Positions 28,092 through 38,254 are shown, numbered from the stretch's first letter. The stretch: DNA of 64,000 bases from an uncultured delta proteobacterium (GCA_963778655.1 CAVZVA010000010.1:1056001-1120000); one strand, 5' to 3'. Made by a program: numbers and translations. Notes: generated from the letters alone by a model not told the origin.

Positions 28092-28829
28092 TCAGCGCCG
28101 AGCCGTCGTGCCGGGACCGCGGCCGTTGCGGGCGGCCGTGCGCAATGCGCGCGGCGGGCGCGCCTGCAGTGCCACCTGCTGCGCGCGGATGCCGGCGAGC
28201 ATGGTGTCGAGGCCGAACTCCATCCACTCGCGGGCACCGACCTGCTCGAGCTCCGCCATGAGCTGGCGGCCCTCCTCCGGGAGACGTCTGCGTCGGCTGG
28301 CCGACCGCTTGACGTGTCCCATTCGCCGCATCTGCACCTGCGCCGAAAGCACGCCCGCCATGTACATCTGGTAGCTCATCAAGCACAGGGCGGCGTTGCG
28401 CTGGTCGAAGCCAGCGGCCTGCAGCAGCGCAAACACGTACAACCCCAGCCGCAGCGAAGCCTTCATCGGGGGGCGTTCGAGCACCACGCGGCTCAGACCG
28501 GGACAACTCGACAGCAGCTCCCAGAGCGCGATCGCGTGCTCGCGCAGCTGCTGCTGCCACTCATCGCGGGACGGCTCCGGCGTCGGCACCGCGGCCAGCA
28601 GCGAGTCCGCGACGCGGCGCAGCAGCTCCTCTTTGTTGGGCAGGTAGTAGTAGATCGCCATCGGGCTGACGCCGAGCTTCTGCGCCAGGCCGCGCATGCT
28701 CAAGGCGTCGACCCCGCCGGCCCGCACCAGCGCCAGGGCCCCGCTGACGATGTCCTGCTCACTGAGCGGATGCTCGCGCTCGCCGCTCCTGTGCCGGCCG
28801 CGCTTCGGTTTTTCACTGGTGATGCTCAC
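28092..28829 (-). CDS. TetR/AcrR family transcriptional regulator
   Basis: IVSGALALVRAGGVDALSMRGLAQKLGVSPMAIYYYLPNKEELL helix-turn-helix and a TetR_C-like tail (FGLDTMLAG). Start uncertain. Confidence 0.92.
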   Translation of the reverse strand: MSITSEKPKRGRHRSGEREHPLSEQDIVSGALALVRAGGVDALSMRGLAQKLGVSPMAIYYYLPNKEELLRRVADSLLAAVPTPEPSRDEWQQQLREHAIALWELLSSCPGLSRVVLERPPMKASLRLGLYVFALLQAAGFDQRNAALCLMSYQMYMAGVLSAQVQMRRMGHVKRSASRRRRLPEEGRQLMAELEQVGAREWMEFGLDTMLAGIRAQQVALQARPPRALRTAARNGRGPGTTARR

Positions 28830-28942
28830 TTCGCCTGCACCATACACAGTAATGCCCTTGCTTGAGAAGGGCGCGTCACAGCGGCCTGAGTCTCGAGGCC
28901 GGCGATCACCGCGGCGGCGGTCGTCCCCGACCAGGTGAGTCC

Positions 28943-28970
28943 TTGCGGTTCGGACTATACGGCGTATAGT
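28943..28970 (+). promoter_or_regulatory. Sigma70-like promoter overlapped by a palindromic operator
   Basis: TTGCGG(28943-48)-N16-TATAGT(28965-70), overlapped by the perfect inverted repeat ACTATACG-G-CGTATAGT (28954-28970) between the divergent TetR and lipoprotein genes. Confidence 0.7.
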
Positions 28971-29016
28971 GCGGCTGGGTGGCCCTTTCGGGTGACTGGG
29001 CGGAGCGGAGGCTGTC

Positions 29017-29784
29017 ATGATTCTCGTCTGGCGTGCGTGCCTGGCTGTAGCTTTGGGCGCGGCTGTGGTTGCGCTATCGGCCTGCGGGACGGCTGATCGA
29101 ACCGACGCGCAGCGCTCGAGCATGGGGCCGGCGGCTGCCGGCACCGCAGCGCCTGGCGGAGCCGCGGGCGCCGGGGCCGCGATCCCGGGCGGCGCGAGTC
29201 CTGCGAGCACGCAGTCCACGGTCGGTCCCAGCGGCTTGCCTCCGGCCCCGGTAGCTCCGGGCATGGCGGCGGGCAGCTTCAAGCCGCGGGCGGACCTCGA
29301 TCCCAACGCGATGTTCGACTGGCCCGAGTCGGCGTCCGGCAGCGCCGCGAGCTGTCAGGCCGGGGTGTACACCGGCACCTTCGAGTGCAGCTTCGTGCCC
29401 GACCCGACGAGCTTCGGCAGCGACATCGGGACGATCGACGTCTCGGGGCCGATCTCGCTCACCCTGGTGCAGTCGATAGACGGTGAGTTTCTGGAGATTT
29501 CCGACGGCAGCCTGGACGCGGTTGCGCAGCTGTTTTTCGGCTTGCAGGCCAAGCTTCACGGGCAGCTCGACTGCGGCAGCGGAGCGCTCATGGCCAGTGG
29601 CGACGACGGCTCCTGGGCGCTGGGCGATCCGAGCATGCCTTTGCTGCCCGGCGGTACGCTTGGCGTCGCGCTCACCGGCGCGCTCGACGCACAGACGGGC
29701 GAGATCACCGGGCAGTGGTCGATCCTCAGCGGTACCGTGCCCGGTACTTGCACCGGCACCTGGTCCGCCATGTACATGCCATGA
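29017..29784 (+). CDS. Lipoprotein of unknown function
   Basis: GGAGG RBS, lipobox LSAC, beta-rich domain CQAGVYTGTFEC…GTCTGTWSA. Confidence 0.8.
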   Translation: MILVWRACLAVALGAAVVALSACGTADRTDAQRSSMGPAAAGTAAPGGAAGAGAAIPGGASPASTQSTVGPSGLPPAPVAPGMAAGSFKPRADLDPNAMFDWPESASGSAASCQAGVYTGTFECSFVPDPTSFGSDIGTIDVSGPISLTLVQSIDGEFLEISDGSLDAVAQLFFGLQAKLHGQLDCGSGALMASGDDGSWALGDPSMPLLPGGTLGVALTGALDAQTGEITGQWSILSGTVPGTCTGTWSAMYMP

Positions 29785-31088
29785 GCCGCGCGCCCAACAT
29801 CGCGCTCGGGCTCGCGCTATGTCTGGGGGCGAGTTGCTCCAGCGCCAAGCGCGCGGGCGATGGCGGGCACGCCACGGCAGGTCAGGGCGGGGCGGCTGCA
29901 ACTGCGACCGCCGCGGCCGGCAGCGGTGGAGCGAACGTCGCGCCAGCCGCCGGTAGTGGTGGCGCCGTCGGGGCTGCGAGCCCCGCGACGGTCGATGCCG
30001 GCGCCGCGGCCGGGCTCGCCACCATGCCCGCCCTGAACGCCGACTCGGTGCTGCGCGGCAGCTGCGCCAAGTCCACGGTGCAGTCCGAGTTGCTGCCCGC
30101 GAACATCCTGTTCGTGCTCGACCGCAGCGGCTCGATGGCATGCAATCCGCCGCCCACCACCGACTCGGCGGCGTGCGAGGCCGAGCCGATGCGCGCGGAT
30201 GCCAGCATGCCCAGCAAGTGGGAGGTCACCACCAGCGCGCTGCTCGACGCGATCAAGAACCTGCCTGCCAGCACGGGCGTGGGCCTGAGCTACTTTAGCA
30301 ACGACGATCGCTGCGGCGTGAGCTCGATCCCGAGCGTGCCGATCCTGCCCAATGACCAGGCCCAGCAAGCGGCGATCGAAAAGAACCTCGCCAGCGTCAA
30401 GCCCGGCGGCGGCACGCCGATCGTGGGCGCGACCATCCTGGCGTACAAACACCTGCACGAGTCGGCGCTGGCCGGCAGCATCTTCGGCAACGAGTTCGTG
30501 GTGCTGATCACCGACGGGGCGCAGAGCGAGATGTGCTCCGACCCCGGGGTGTGCGACGACGCCGCGTCCTGTACCGACCTGCTGGTGAGCAGCGAGGTGC
30601 CGAAGGCGGCGGGACCCGGCGTCGGCATCCGCACCTTCGTGATCGGCGTGCCGGGCAGCGAGCCCGCGCGCAGCGTGCTCTCGCAGATCGCGCAGGCCGG
30701 CGGCACGGCGCCCGCGGGTTGCGATCCGCAGCAAGGCAACTGCCACTTCGACATGTCGATGGTGAGCGACCTCGGCCCGGCCTTGAGCAAGGCGTTGATG
30801 CAGATCAGCGGACAGACCATCAGCTGCGAGCTCGATGTGCCGCAGCCGACGAGCGGCGAGCTCGACGTCGGCCTGGTCAACGTCGTCTACACGCCCAGCG
30901 ACGGCTCGCAGGCCAAGGTGCTGCGCCAAGACGCGCGCATGGCCTGCGACGCTGGCGCCGACGGCTGGCAGTACGCAGACGACAACCGCAAGATCCGCCT
31001 GTGCGGGCAGACCTGCGACACGGTGCGCGCCGACGAGGGCGCGCGGGTGGACGTGGTGATCGGCTGTCCGGTGCAAGCGGTGAAGTGA
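29781..31088 (+). CDS. VWA-domain lipoprotein
   Basis: Lipobox GASC, MIDAS motifs LDRSGSM, GGTP and ITDG, C-terminal IRLCGQTC…VIGCP. ATGA overlap with the upstream gene. Confidence 0.9.
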   Translation: MSRAPNIALGLALCLGASCSSAKRAGDGGHATAGQGGAAATATAAAGSGGANVAPAAGSGGAVGAASPATVDAGAAAGLATMPALNADSVLRGSCAKSTVQSELLPANILFVLDRSGSMACNPPPTTDSAACEAEPMRADASMPSKWEVTTSALLDAIKNLPASTGVGLSYFSNDDRCGVSSIPSVPILPNDQAQQAAIEKNLASVKPGGGTPIVGATILAYKHLHESALAGSIFGNEFVVLITDGAQSEMCSDPGVCDDAASCTDLLVSSEVPKAAGPGVGIRTFVIGVPGSEPARSVLSQIAQAGGTAPAGCDPQQGNCHFDMSMVSDLGPALSKALMQISGQTISCELDVPQPTSGELDVGLVNVVYTPSDGSQAKVLRQDARMACDAGADGWQYADDNRKIRLCGQTCDTVRADEGARVDVVIGCPVQAVK

Positions 31089-31146
31089 GCGCGCGCGTGC
31101 GGCAAGGACGCAGCAGGGCACTCGGTCTGCCTGGGCAGCGCGCGCT

Positions 31147-32853
31147 TCAGTCGCGACGCACGTAGAAGGCGTATGTCACGTGTGGCGAGCGATGCAGCTC
31201 GTAGCGGTAGTCCGCGCGTGGAAAGAACCGTCGCAGGTCATTGACGGCGGGGATCCAGTGCCGCGTGTGCAGAAACGCCTGCTCGCTCGGTGCGTCTGAC
31301 ATCAGGTAGATGTACTTCGGCCGGCGTCTGAGCACATACCTCGGATTGGAGCGCAGATGCCCTTTGGGACCGGATTCGTTGCGGACCGGGGCGTGGGCGA
31401 TGGTCGCGTCCGTGAGCCCCAGCAGATCGAGCACGGGACGCTGCGAGTAGTAGCCGATCGCCCCGATCACCGGCGTCGCGACCAAATCGCCGGGGGCGGC
31501 GTGGCTTGCGAGCCAGCGGCCCACTTCGGCCCAGCGCTCGGCTTCGCGCGCGCCGAAGTACAGAGTGCTCTGCGGCCCGACCGAACCCAACAAGAAGGTC
31601 GTGAAGAAGCAGCTCAACGCTGCCAGGGCGAGCGCTTGGCTGCCTGCAATTCGCGGCGCGCGTCGCGCCAAGGCGTTCGGGATGAGCGCCGCGAGCGCTC
31701 GAGCAAGCCCGTCCCTGCCCAACGCGTACAGGAGCGGAAGCAAGTAGACGAAGTAGCGCCACTCCCCAAAGTTGTCCCCGCCCACCACCAGCACCGAGGC
31801 CGCCACGAGTAGCGCCAAGGTCGACACGAAGCGTCTCGCCAGCGCCCGCGGCTCGCTACCGCGCATTCCCTCCAGGGCGAACGGAAAGAACAGGCCATGC
31901 CCCAGGAGACCCGCGATCAGGTAGTCGAGGCCGTCTTCCCACCTCGTGAACGGCGCGCCGATCTTGGCGTAGTAGGTATTCGGAAAGGGGTACCCATAGT
32001 ACGCCAGTCTCCACAGCACGTGAGCGCTCAGCGGCGGAATCGTGGTTGCTGCGAACACCAACATCGAACGCGACAGCAGCTTGCCCTCGCGAGCGATGAC
32101 GAAGGGGAGGTAGCCAAGAAACAGCAAATACGTCTCCGGCCGCGTCAACGTCGCGCCTACCAGCAGTCCCGCCGCCGCTGCGACCTGCTTCAACCGGAGG
32201 CTGGAATCGGGCACCAGCAAGTAGTTGCAGAAGAAGTAGATGCTCGCCGTCAGTAGCGCCACGTACAGGCCTGTCTCCATGCCTGAAAACGCCCAGAACA
32301 CGAGCGGAAAGTGCACGACCATCAGCACCTGCAGGCCTGCTGGGGGTAGGGTGCGGTCCGATGGGCGTCCGGGCGCGCCGATCCGGTCGGCGGTTCGATC
32401 TGCCATCCAGACGCTGAACAGCGCGCAGCCGACTCCAAGCCAGCGCGCCAGAGAGGGAAGCCTCAGCCAACCGCAGATCGTGTTCGCAGCGCTCAGCAGC
32501 ACCACCCACGCGAAGCTGGTGTAGCCCTCGACGCGCTCACCGAGGTTGAACACGAGCCCGTGACCATCGCTCAAGTTGCGCGCATATCTCAACGAGATGT
32601 AGGCGTCATCCATGACGCCGCAGCCCAAGACGCTGCCGATGCAGAGCAGCAGTAGAGCGGGGGCCAACCGGCGCGGCCAGGCGCGCGCGTTTGCGACCCA
32701 AGCACCCAAATAGATCGCGAGCGCGATGCGTAGCGCGAGCGACGTGAGCTCCGGGCTCCACAAGACGGTGCCCGCGCGCAGCGGTAAGATGGACAACAGG
32801 AGCGACAACGCCGCGGGCGTCAGGCGCAAGAGTCCCAGGAGTCCCGCCGACAT
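31147..32853 (-). CDS. GT-C type polytopic glycosyltransferase (AftB/arabinofuranosyltransferase-like)
   Basis: DDAYISLRYARNLSDGHGLVFNLGERVEGYTS, SGMET, TRPE, YYGYPFPNTYYAK, DLLGLTD, many TM helices. Start uncertain. Confidence 0.8.
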   Translation of the reverse strand: MSAGLLGLLRLTPAALSLLLSILPLRAGTVLWSPELTSLALRIALAIYLGAWVANARAWPRRLAPALLLLCIGSVLGCGVMDDAYISLRYARNLSDGHGLVFNLGERVEGYTSFAWVVLLSAANTICGWLRLPSLARWLGVGCALFSVWMADRTADRIGAPGRPSDRTLPPAGLQVLMVVHFPLVFWAFSGMETGLYVALLTASIYFFCNYLLVPDSSLRLKQVAAAAGLLVGATLTRPETYLLFLGYLPFVIAREGKLLSRSMLVFAATTIPPLSAHVLWRLAYYGYPFPNTYYAKIGAPFTRWEDGLDYLIAGLLGHGLFFPFALEGMRGSEPRALARRFVSTLALLVAASVLVVGGDNFGEWRYFVYLLPLLYALGRDGLARALAALIPNALARRAPRIAGSQALALAALSCFFTTFLLGSVGPQSTLYFGAREAERWAEVGRWLASHAAPGDLVATPVIGAIGYYSQRPVLDLLGLTDATIAHAPVRNESGPKGHLRSNPRYVLRRRPKYIYLMSDAPSEQAFLHTRHWIPAVNDLRRFFPRADYRYELHRSPHVTYAFYVRRD

Positions 32854-33072
32854 TCCCGCGAGCGTGGCAGCAAAGGGCGGTCCGTGCACCTTCGCGACTC
32901 GAGCTCGGCGGACTTGGCGGTCCTGCACCGCCCACAGGGTCGTGCCAAGAGCTACGCAACGGTGCGTGGGCCGGCCCGCTTGATTCTTCGTGCCTCGAGC
33001 TCGATCACGCACGACGTCGCCAGGGTGCGGGCAAGCACGGCAAGGCCGAGCAAGCGCGATCTCCCGCCCGGC

Positions 33073-35199
33073 TCAGTCCTGCTCCAGCTTGACGATGTCG
33101 TAGTAGATCCCCGCGCCGCCGCCGCCGCTGCTGAGCTGCAGGCCGAGCGTGTTGCTGCCGGCCTGCAGGTCGGCGGCGGCCACGCTGGCACTCAGCATCT
33201 CGAAGCGGCCGCCCTGCAGCGCGCTGCGATACAGGGTCTGGTCGTTACCGAAGTCGTGGCTCAGCACGGAATGGCCGTTGACCGCGACGTCCAGGTGCGG
33301 GTTGCGTGCCGCGCCCGCGATGCCCAGCGTCAGGAAGGCGCCGCCGGCCGGCACGCTCGCCAGCTGGAACTGCACGCTCCAGGTCCCGTTCTTGCTCTGC
33401 GCGAAGTACCAGTCATGGGCCGGGTCGCTGCTGCCCACCGTGTAGCTGAGCGTGGCCGGGGGCAGCTCCCACACGCCCGAGCTGGTCGCGGGGCCGTACA
33501 TGCGGCCGGTTTGGCTCGCGCTCGCGTCCTGCACGCGGAACTCACCGGCGGTGCGGTCGGACACGCCGATCGACCACAGCGTCGCGCCGTGATAGGGCGG
33601 CGACCAGGTCAGCGTACCGAGCTCGTTGTCACCCTCGCCCACGCTCACGCTGCTCTGCACGATCTCGCCGTTGTCGGGGTCGTCGACGATGTCGCCCTGG
33701 GTGGCGTACACGTGCAGCGCGTAGCTGCCGGGGCGCACGTTGCGGATGTGGAACGCGCCGTCGGCGTCCGCCTGAGCCCAGAAGATGTAGCCGTAGCCCT
33801 GATCCAGCAGCTGGCCGGGCTCCGCCAGCACCACCATCGCGCCTGCGGCCGAGCGGCCCCGGGCTTCGACGATGCGGCCGCGGACGCTGCCGCGCTGGAG
33901 CGGATAGGCGTCGTTTTGCATGAAGCAATAGGGCCACTGCTGCTGCTCGTAGGCGGCCTGCGCGGCCGCATCCGCAATCACGTCGTCGTCGCTGCCGCTG
34001 TTCACGTACACGAGGTTGGGGCCGTAGAGCTTGCGCCATCCAGCGGGCGAGGCCTGCGTGGTCGCCGAGCCGAAGTGCCCGCCGTGGTACATGTTCAAGA
34101 TCAGGTTGCTGTCATGCACCATCAGCTCCTGCTTGAGCGGTCCGCCGGTGTAGTACTCGAAGCTCGCCGAGATCAGCCAGGCGCCGTAGCCGTTGCCGTA
34201 CAACCCGTGAAAGGCGTCCTCGGTGCGGTAGGCGGCCCAGTCGTACTTGGTGAACACGGGGCCTTCCGAGTACGGCATGCCCGGCAGGGTGGCGCCGCCA
34301 GGTAGCGGATAAGTCGCGTCCTGGATCTGCGAGCTCGAGCTGAACGTGGACGCCTGGCTGGGGCTCGGTAGCGCGCCATGGCGCTCGCCGTTGTACCCGT
34401 TGGCGAGCACGTTGGGGTCGAAGCGCTGAACCGTGCGTAGCTCGCTCAGTGTGGTCGCGGCCTTGCCCTGGGTGTCGGTGATCAGAAAGTAGTAGAAGCC
34501 GCTGACACCGCGCAGCATCAGGTAGTGCAGGTCCCAATTCATGTCGCCGCCGGCGTCGACGAACGACAGCTCCACCAGGTCGTCGCTCTGGCGCACGACC
34601 GAGCGGCTGCCGGCGCTGATGCTGCGGTAGCTGCTGCCCCCGCCCGACGACACGTACAGCGTGTTGCCCGAGGCCATCAGCGACTTGCCGTCTTTGTGCA
34701 GCGAGGTGACGCTGCCGGCGCCGTTGATCGAGAGCGTGAGCAGGCCGTTGTCCAGGGTGAAGCCGCTGCCGTTCTGCTGCAGCGTGACCGCGCCCCCTTG
34801 GGGCGTGGGGCAGAGCGGCGGGCCGTCCGGCTCGGGTGCGCCGGCATCGCCGCCAGCTGCGGCCGCGCCGTCCTTGCCTGTGCCCGCGCCGGCATCCGTC
34901 GCTGGGCCGGCGTGGCCCGCGTCGATTGCGCTCGCGGAGGACCCGCCGGCTCCGCTCGGGGTGCCAACGCCGTTGCCAGCGCTACCCGCGGCACCGCCGG
35001 CCGTGCCGCCCGTACCCGGCGCAACCGCAGCGCCCGTGCCGGTCTGTCCCCCCGATTGCGGGAGTTGCCCGTCTCCGCCGTTCGGCTTGCTGCTGCAGGC
35101 GAGGGCCGCGCCCAGCAGCAGCAGCACCAGCGGGATCGCGCGCGGGTCGCCGGGACGCGGCCTCGCGGGCCACTGTGGGTTGCGCGCCGAGGCGGCCAT
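33073..35199 (-). CDS. Rhamnogalacturonan endolyase (PL4), lipoprotein
   Basis: Lipobox ALAC. Motifs EYYTGGPLKQELMVH, LYGP, FWAQADADGAFHIRNVRPGSYAL, LWSIGVSDRTAGEF and YDIVKLE cover PL4 domains I-III. Confidence 0.88.
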   Translation of the reverse strand: MAASARNPQWPARPRPGDPRAIPLVLLLLGAALACSSKPNGGDGQLPQSGGQTGTGAAVAPGTGGTAGGAAGSAGNGVGTPSGAGGSSASAIDAGHAGPATDAGAGTGKDGAAAAGGDAGAPEPDGPPLCPTPQGGAVTLQQNGSGFTLDNGLLTLSINGAGSVTSLHKDGKSLMASGNTLYVSSGGGSSYRSISAGSRSVVRQSDDLVELSFVDAGGDMNWDLHYLMLRGVSGFYYFLITDTQGKAATTLSELRTVQRFDPNVLANGYNGERHGALPSPSQASTFSSSSQIQDATYPLPGGATLPGMPYSEGPVFTKYDWAAYRTEDAFHGLYGNGYGAWLISASFEYYTGGPLKQELMVHDSNLILNMYHGGHFGSATTQASPAGWRKLYGPNLVYVNSGSDDDVIADAAAQAAYEQQQWPYCFMQNDAYPLQRGSVRGRIVEARGRSAAGAMVVLAEPGQLLDQGYGYIFWAQADADGAFHIRNVRPGSYALHVYATQGDIVDDPDNGEIVQSSVSVGEGDNELGTLTWSPPYHGATLWSIGVSDRTAGEFRVQDASASQTGRMYGPATSSGVWELPPATLSYTVGSSDPAHDWYFAQSKNGTWSVQFQLASVPAGGAFLTLGIAGAARNPHLDVAVNGHSVLSHDFGNDQTLYRSALQGGRFEMLSASVAAADLQAGSNTLGLQLSSGGGGAGIYYDIVKLEQD

Positions 35200-35294
35200 G
35201 GCTCTCCAGTAGAGACCCGAGGTCGAGCAAGCGGGTCAATCGGCCGCCTGTCGCCCGGGGCGGTGGCGCGCTACGGTGTTTGGGCCTGCCGTAG

Positions 35295-38174
35295 ATGAGA
35301 ATGCCGCGATCCATGCCGTCGCTGTGCTTGCTCGCGCTCGCCGCGCTGGGCACGGGCGGCTGTGGCCGCAGCTCGATCGCGGAGTGCGCCAGCGACGCCG
35401 ACTGTCCCGGGACCGCCGCCTGCGTGCAGGGGTTTTGCGTGGCGGCCTCGAGCGTGTACGACGCCGGTCCGGGTGCGGGTCCGGGCTCCGCTGCGCCGCC
35501 CAGCGGCGGCGGCGGCGTGCCCGACAGCGGCCCACCCGGTCGGCCCCTGCAGTGCGGGCTGGGGCTCTCGTCCTGCGGCGGCGCGTGCGTCGACGGCGTG
35601 AGCGACCCGGCGCACTGCGGCGGCTGCAACGTGCGTTGCGGCGCGGCCGAGAGTTGCATCGAAGGAGCCTGCACGCCCGAGTGTGGCGGCGATCTCACGC
35701 GCTGCGGGCGCGCGTGCGAATCACTCGCCAGCAGCGACGCCAATTGCGGCACCTGCGGGGCGCAGTGCGGGGCGCAGCAGAGCTGCCGCGCGGGTGCGTG
35801 CGCGTGCGCGGCGCCAGGCCAGCAGGCCTGCGGCAGCAGCTGCGTGTCGACCAGCACCGACCCGCTGGCCTGCGGCGACTGCGGCAACGCGTGCGGCGCG
35901 GGACAGAGCTGCAGCGGCGGCGCGTGCGCGTGCCCCGCAGGCACACAGTCGTGCAATGGCGTGTGCCGGCCGCTCGATCGCGACCCGTTGCACTGCGGAA
36001 GCTGCGATCGCGCGTGCGGGGGCTCGTCGCCCTTCTGCCAGCAGGGCGCGTGCGTGGCCGCGTGCAGCGCACCGTTTTCCGCCTGCCGCAACAGCTGCGT
36101 CGACCTGCAGGGTGACCCGGAAAACTGCGGCACGTGTGGGAGCGCGTGCGCGGGCGGCAAGGCGTGCGTCGGTGGGGCGTGCCGCTGTCCGAGCGGTTAC
36201 AGCGATTGCGACGGCGAGTGCGTCGACCTGCAGGGCGACGCCCAGAGCTGCGGCGTCTGCGGCGGCGCGTGCCCGCCAGGCGGTGTGTGCGTGCAGGGCA
36301 CGTGCGCCTGCGCCCGCGGGCGCTCTGCGTGCGACTCGCAGTGCGTGGATACCGCGAGCGACCCCGACAACTGTGGCAGCTGCGGCCACCGTTGTCCGTC
36401 CGGCCAGGTCTGCGCGCAGGGCGCCTGCGCCCTCGGCTGCCCCATGCCGCTGCTCCGCTGCGGCTCGAGCTGCGTCGACACCGAGAGCGACGACCAAAAC
36501 TGCGGCGGCTGTGACCTGGGCTGCCCTTCGTCGCGCAGCTGCGTCAACGGCCGCTGCCAGTGTGCGGGCGGCCTGCTCTCTTGCGGCGGCGTCTGCACCG
36601 ACGCTTCGAGCGATCCGAGCGCGTGCGGGGGTTGCAACGATGCCTGCGCGACGCGTGAGATCTGCAACGCCGGTAGCTGCCGTTGCGAGGCGGGGGCCAT
36701 GCGCTGCGCGGACGCTTGCGTCGACCTGGCGAGCGACCCGCGCAATTGCGGCGCCTGCGGCAAGAGCTGCGGCCCGAGCAACGTGTGCGCGCAGGGCAGC
36801 TGTGCTGTGAGCTGCCCTGCGGGCCTGCAGGCGTGCGGCGGGGCGTGCGTCGACACCGATCACGATTCGCAGCACTGCGGCGACTGCGATACGCACTGTC
36901 CGGCAGGGCAGCAGTGCGAAAGTGGCGTGTGTGCGTGTCCGCCCGGCACCCGCGCGTGCGGTGCGCGTTGCGTCGACGTGCAGAGCGATCCGCTCGATTG
37001 CGGCACCTGCGGCCACGCCTGCGCGGGCGGCAAGAGCTGCAGCGGCGGTCTGTGCGTGTGCCCCGAGGGGGGCAGCGACTGCGGCGGCACCTGCACCTTC
37101 ACCCAGACCGACCCGCTGCACTGCGGTAGCTGTGCGGTCGCGTGCGGCGCGGGTCAGGTGTGCAACGCCGGCACCTGCACCTGCCCGTCGGGCACCACCG
37201 CGTGTGGCGGCAGTTGCGTACGCCTCGATAGCGATCACGACAACTGCGGCGCTTGCGGGCAGAGCTGCGCCCCCGACCAGCAGTGCCAGGGCGGTGCCTG
37301 CAGCTGTCCGAGCGGGACCGGCGCCTGCGGAGACAGCTGCGCGGACCTGCAGCAGGACGCGAGCAACTGTGGACAGTGCGGCCGCGCCTGCGGGCCGGAC
37401 CAGGACTGCATCTCGGGCGCTTGCCGCTGTCCGGCACGCACGACGCTCTGCAACGGAAGCTGCGTCGACCCGCGCAGCGATCACGAAAACTGCGGCGGCT
37501 GTGGGCGCGCGTGCGCGGCCGGACAGGTCTGCGATCGCGGCGCGTGCGCGAGCAGCTGTGCGTCGCCGCTGACCTTGTGCAACGGCACCGACTGTGTGCG
37601 GCTGGGCGCCGATCCGGCCAACTGCGGCGGTTGCGGTCAGGCGTGCGGCCGTGGCGAGACCTGCGTGGGCGGCGCGTGCCGCTGCATGCAGCCGCTGCGC
37701 AGCTGCGGTGGCGCTTGCGTCGATCAGCTCAACGACCCCAACGATTGTGGCGGCTGCGGTCAGAAGTGTGCGCCCGGCGAGACCTGTGCCGGCGGCATCT
37801 GCGCGTGCCTGGACGGGCAGACCCTGTGCGGGGTCTGCGTCGATACCCACAGCGACGATCGGAATTGCGGCGGCTGCAACCAGCCCTGCGACGTGGGTGC
37901 CCACTGTGTCGGCGGCAGCTGCGGGTGCACCGGCGATCAGGCGACCTGCGACGGCCGCTGCGTCGACCAGCAGATCGACCCGGCCAACTGCGGCGCCTGC
38001 GGCGCCGGCTGCGGCCCCGGCGCCTCGTGTCAGGACGGTGCTTGCGCGTGCGGTGGCGAGACCAACTCCTGCCACGGCAGCTGCGTCGACGTGTTGACCG
38101 ATCCGCGCAACTGCGGCGGCTGCGACAAGCAGTGCGCCCCGAACCAGAGTTGCGACAACGGCACTTGCGGCTGA
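35295..38174 (+). CDS. Cys-rich repeat lipoprotein (21 Stig1/MXAN_6577-like repeats)
   Basis: Lipobox TGGC. Counted 21 units of CxxxCVDxxxDxxNCGxCxxxCxxxxxCxxGxC, about 41 aa each. Confidence 0.9.
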   Translation: MRMPRSMPSLCLLALAALGTGGCGRSSIAECASDADCPGTAACVQGFCVAASSVYDAGPGAGPGSAAPPSGGGGVPDSGPPGRPLQCGLGLSSCGGACVDGVSDPAHCGGCNVRCGAAESCIEGACTPECGGDLTRCGRACESLASSDANCGTCGAQCGAQQSCRAGACACAAPGQQACGSSCVSTSTDPLACGDCGNACGAGQSCSGGACACPAGTQSCNGVCRPLDRDPLHCGSCDRACGGSSPFCQQGACVAACSAPFSACRNSCVDLQGDPENCGTCGSACAGGKACVGGACRCPSGYSDCDGECVDLQGDAQSCGVCGGACPPGGVCVQGTCACARGRSACDSQCVDTASDPDNCGSCGHRCPSGQVCAQGACALGCPMPLLRCGSSCVDTESDDQNCGGCDLGCPSSRSCVNGRCQCAGGLLSCGGVCTDASSDPSACGGCNDACATREICNAGSCRCEAGAMRCADACVDLASDPRNCGACGKSCGPSNVCAQGSCAVSCPAGLQACGGACVDTDHDSQHCGDCDTHCPAGQQCESGVCACPPGTRACGARCVDVQSDPLDCGTCGHACAGGKSCSGGLCVCPEGGSDCGGTCTFTQTDPLHCGSCAVACGAGQVCNAGTCTCPSGTTACGGSCVRLDSDHDNCGACGQSCAPDQQCQGGACSCPSGTGACGDSCADLQQDASNCGQCGRACGPDQDCISGACRCPARTTLCNGSCVDPRSDHENCGGCGRACAAGQVCDRGACASSCASPLTLCNGTDCVRLGADPANCGGCGQACGRGETCVGGACRCMQPLRSCGGACVDQLNDPNDCGGCGQKCAPGETCAGGICACLDGQTLCGVCVDTHSDDRNCGGCNQPCDVGAHCVGGSCGCTGDQATCDGRCVDQQIDPANCGACGAGCGPGASCQDGACACGGETNSCHGSCVDVLTDPRNCGGCDKQCAPNQSCDNGTCG

Positions 38175-38226
38175 GCCGCAGCGTCAGCTCTCGCCGGTGC
38201 GAGCCCGCGGCCTCGCTACGGGGCGT

Positions 38227-38254
38227 TTGACAGCGCGCGGCCTGCAGCTACCCT
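38227..38254 (+). promoter_or_regulatory. Sigma70-like promoter
   Basis: Perfect TTGACA (38227-32), 16-nt spacer, TACCCT (38249-54). Confidence 0.65.
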
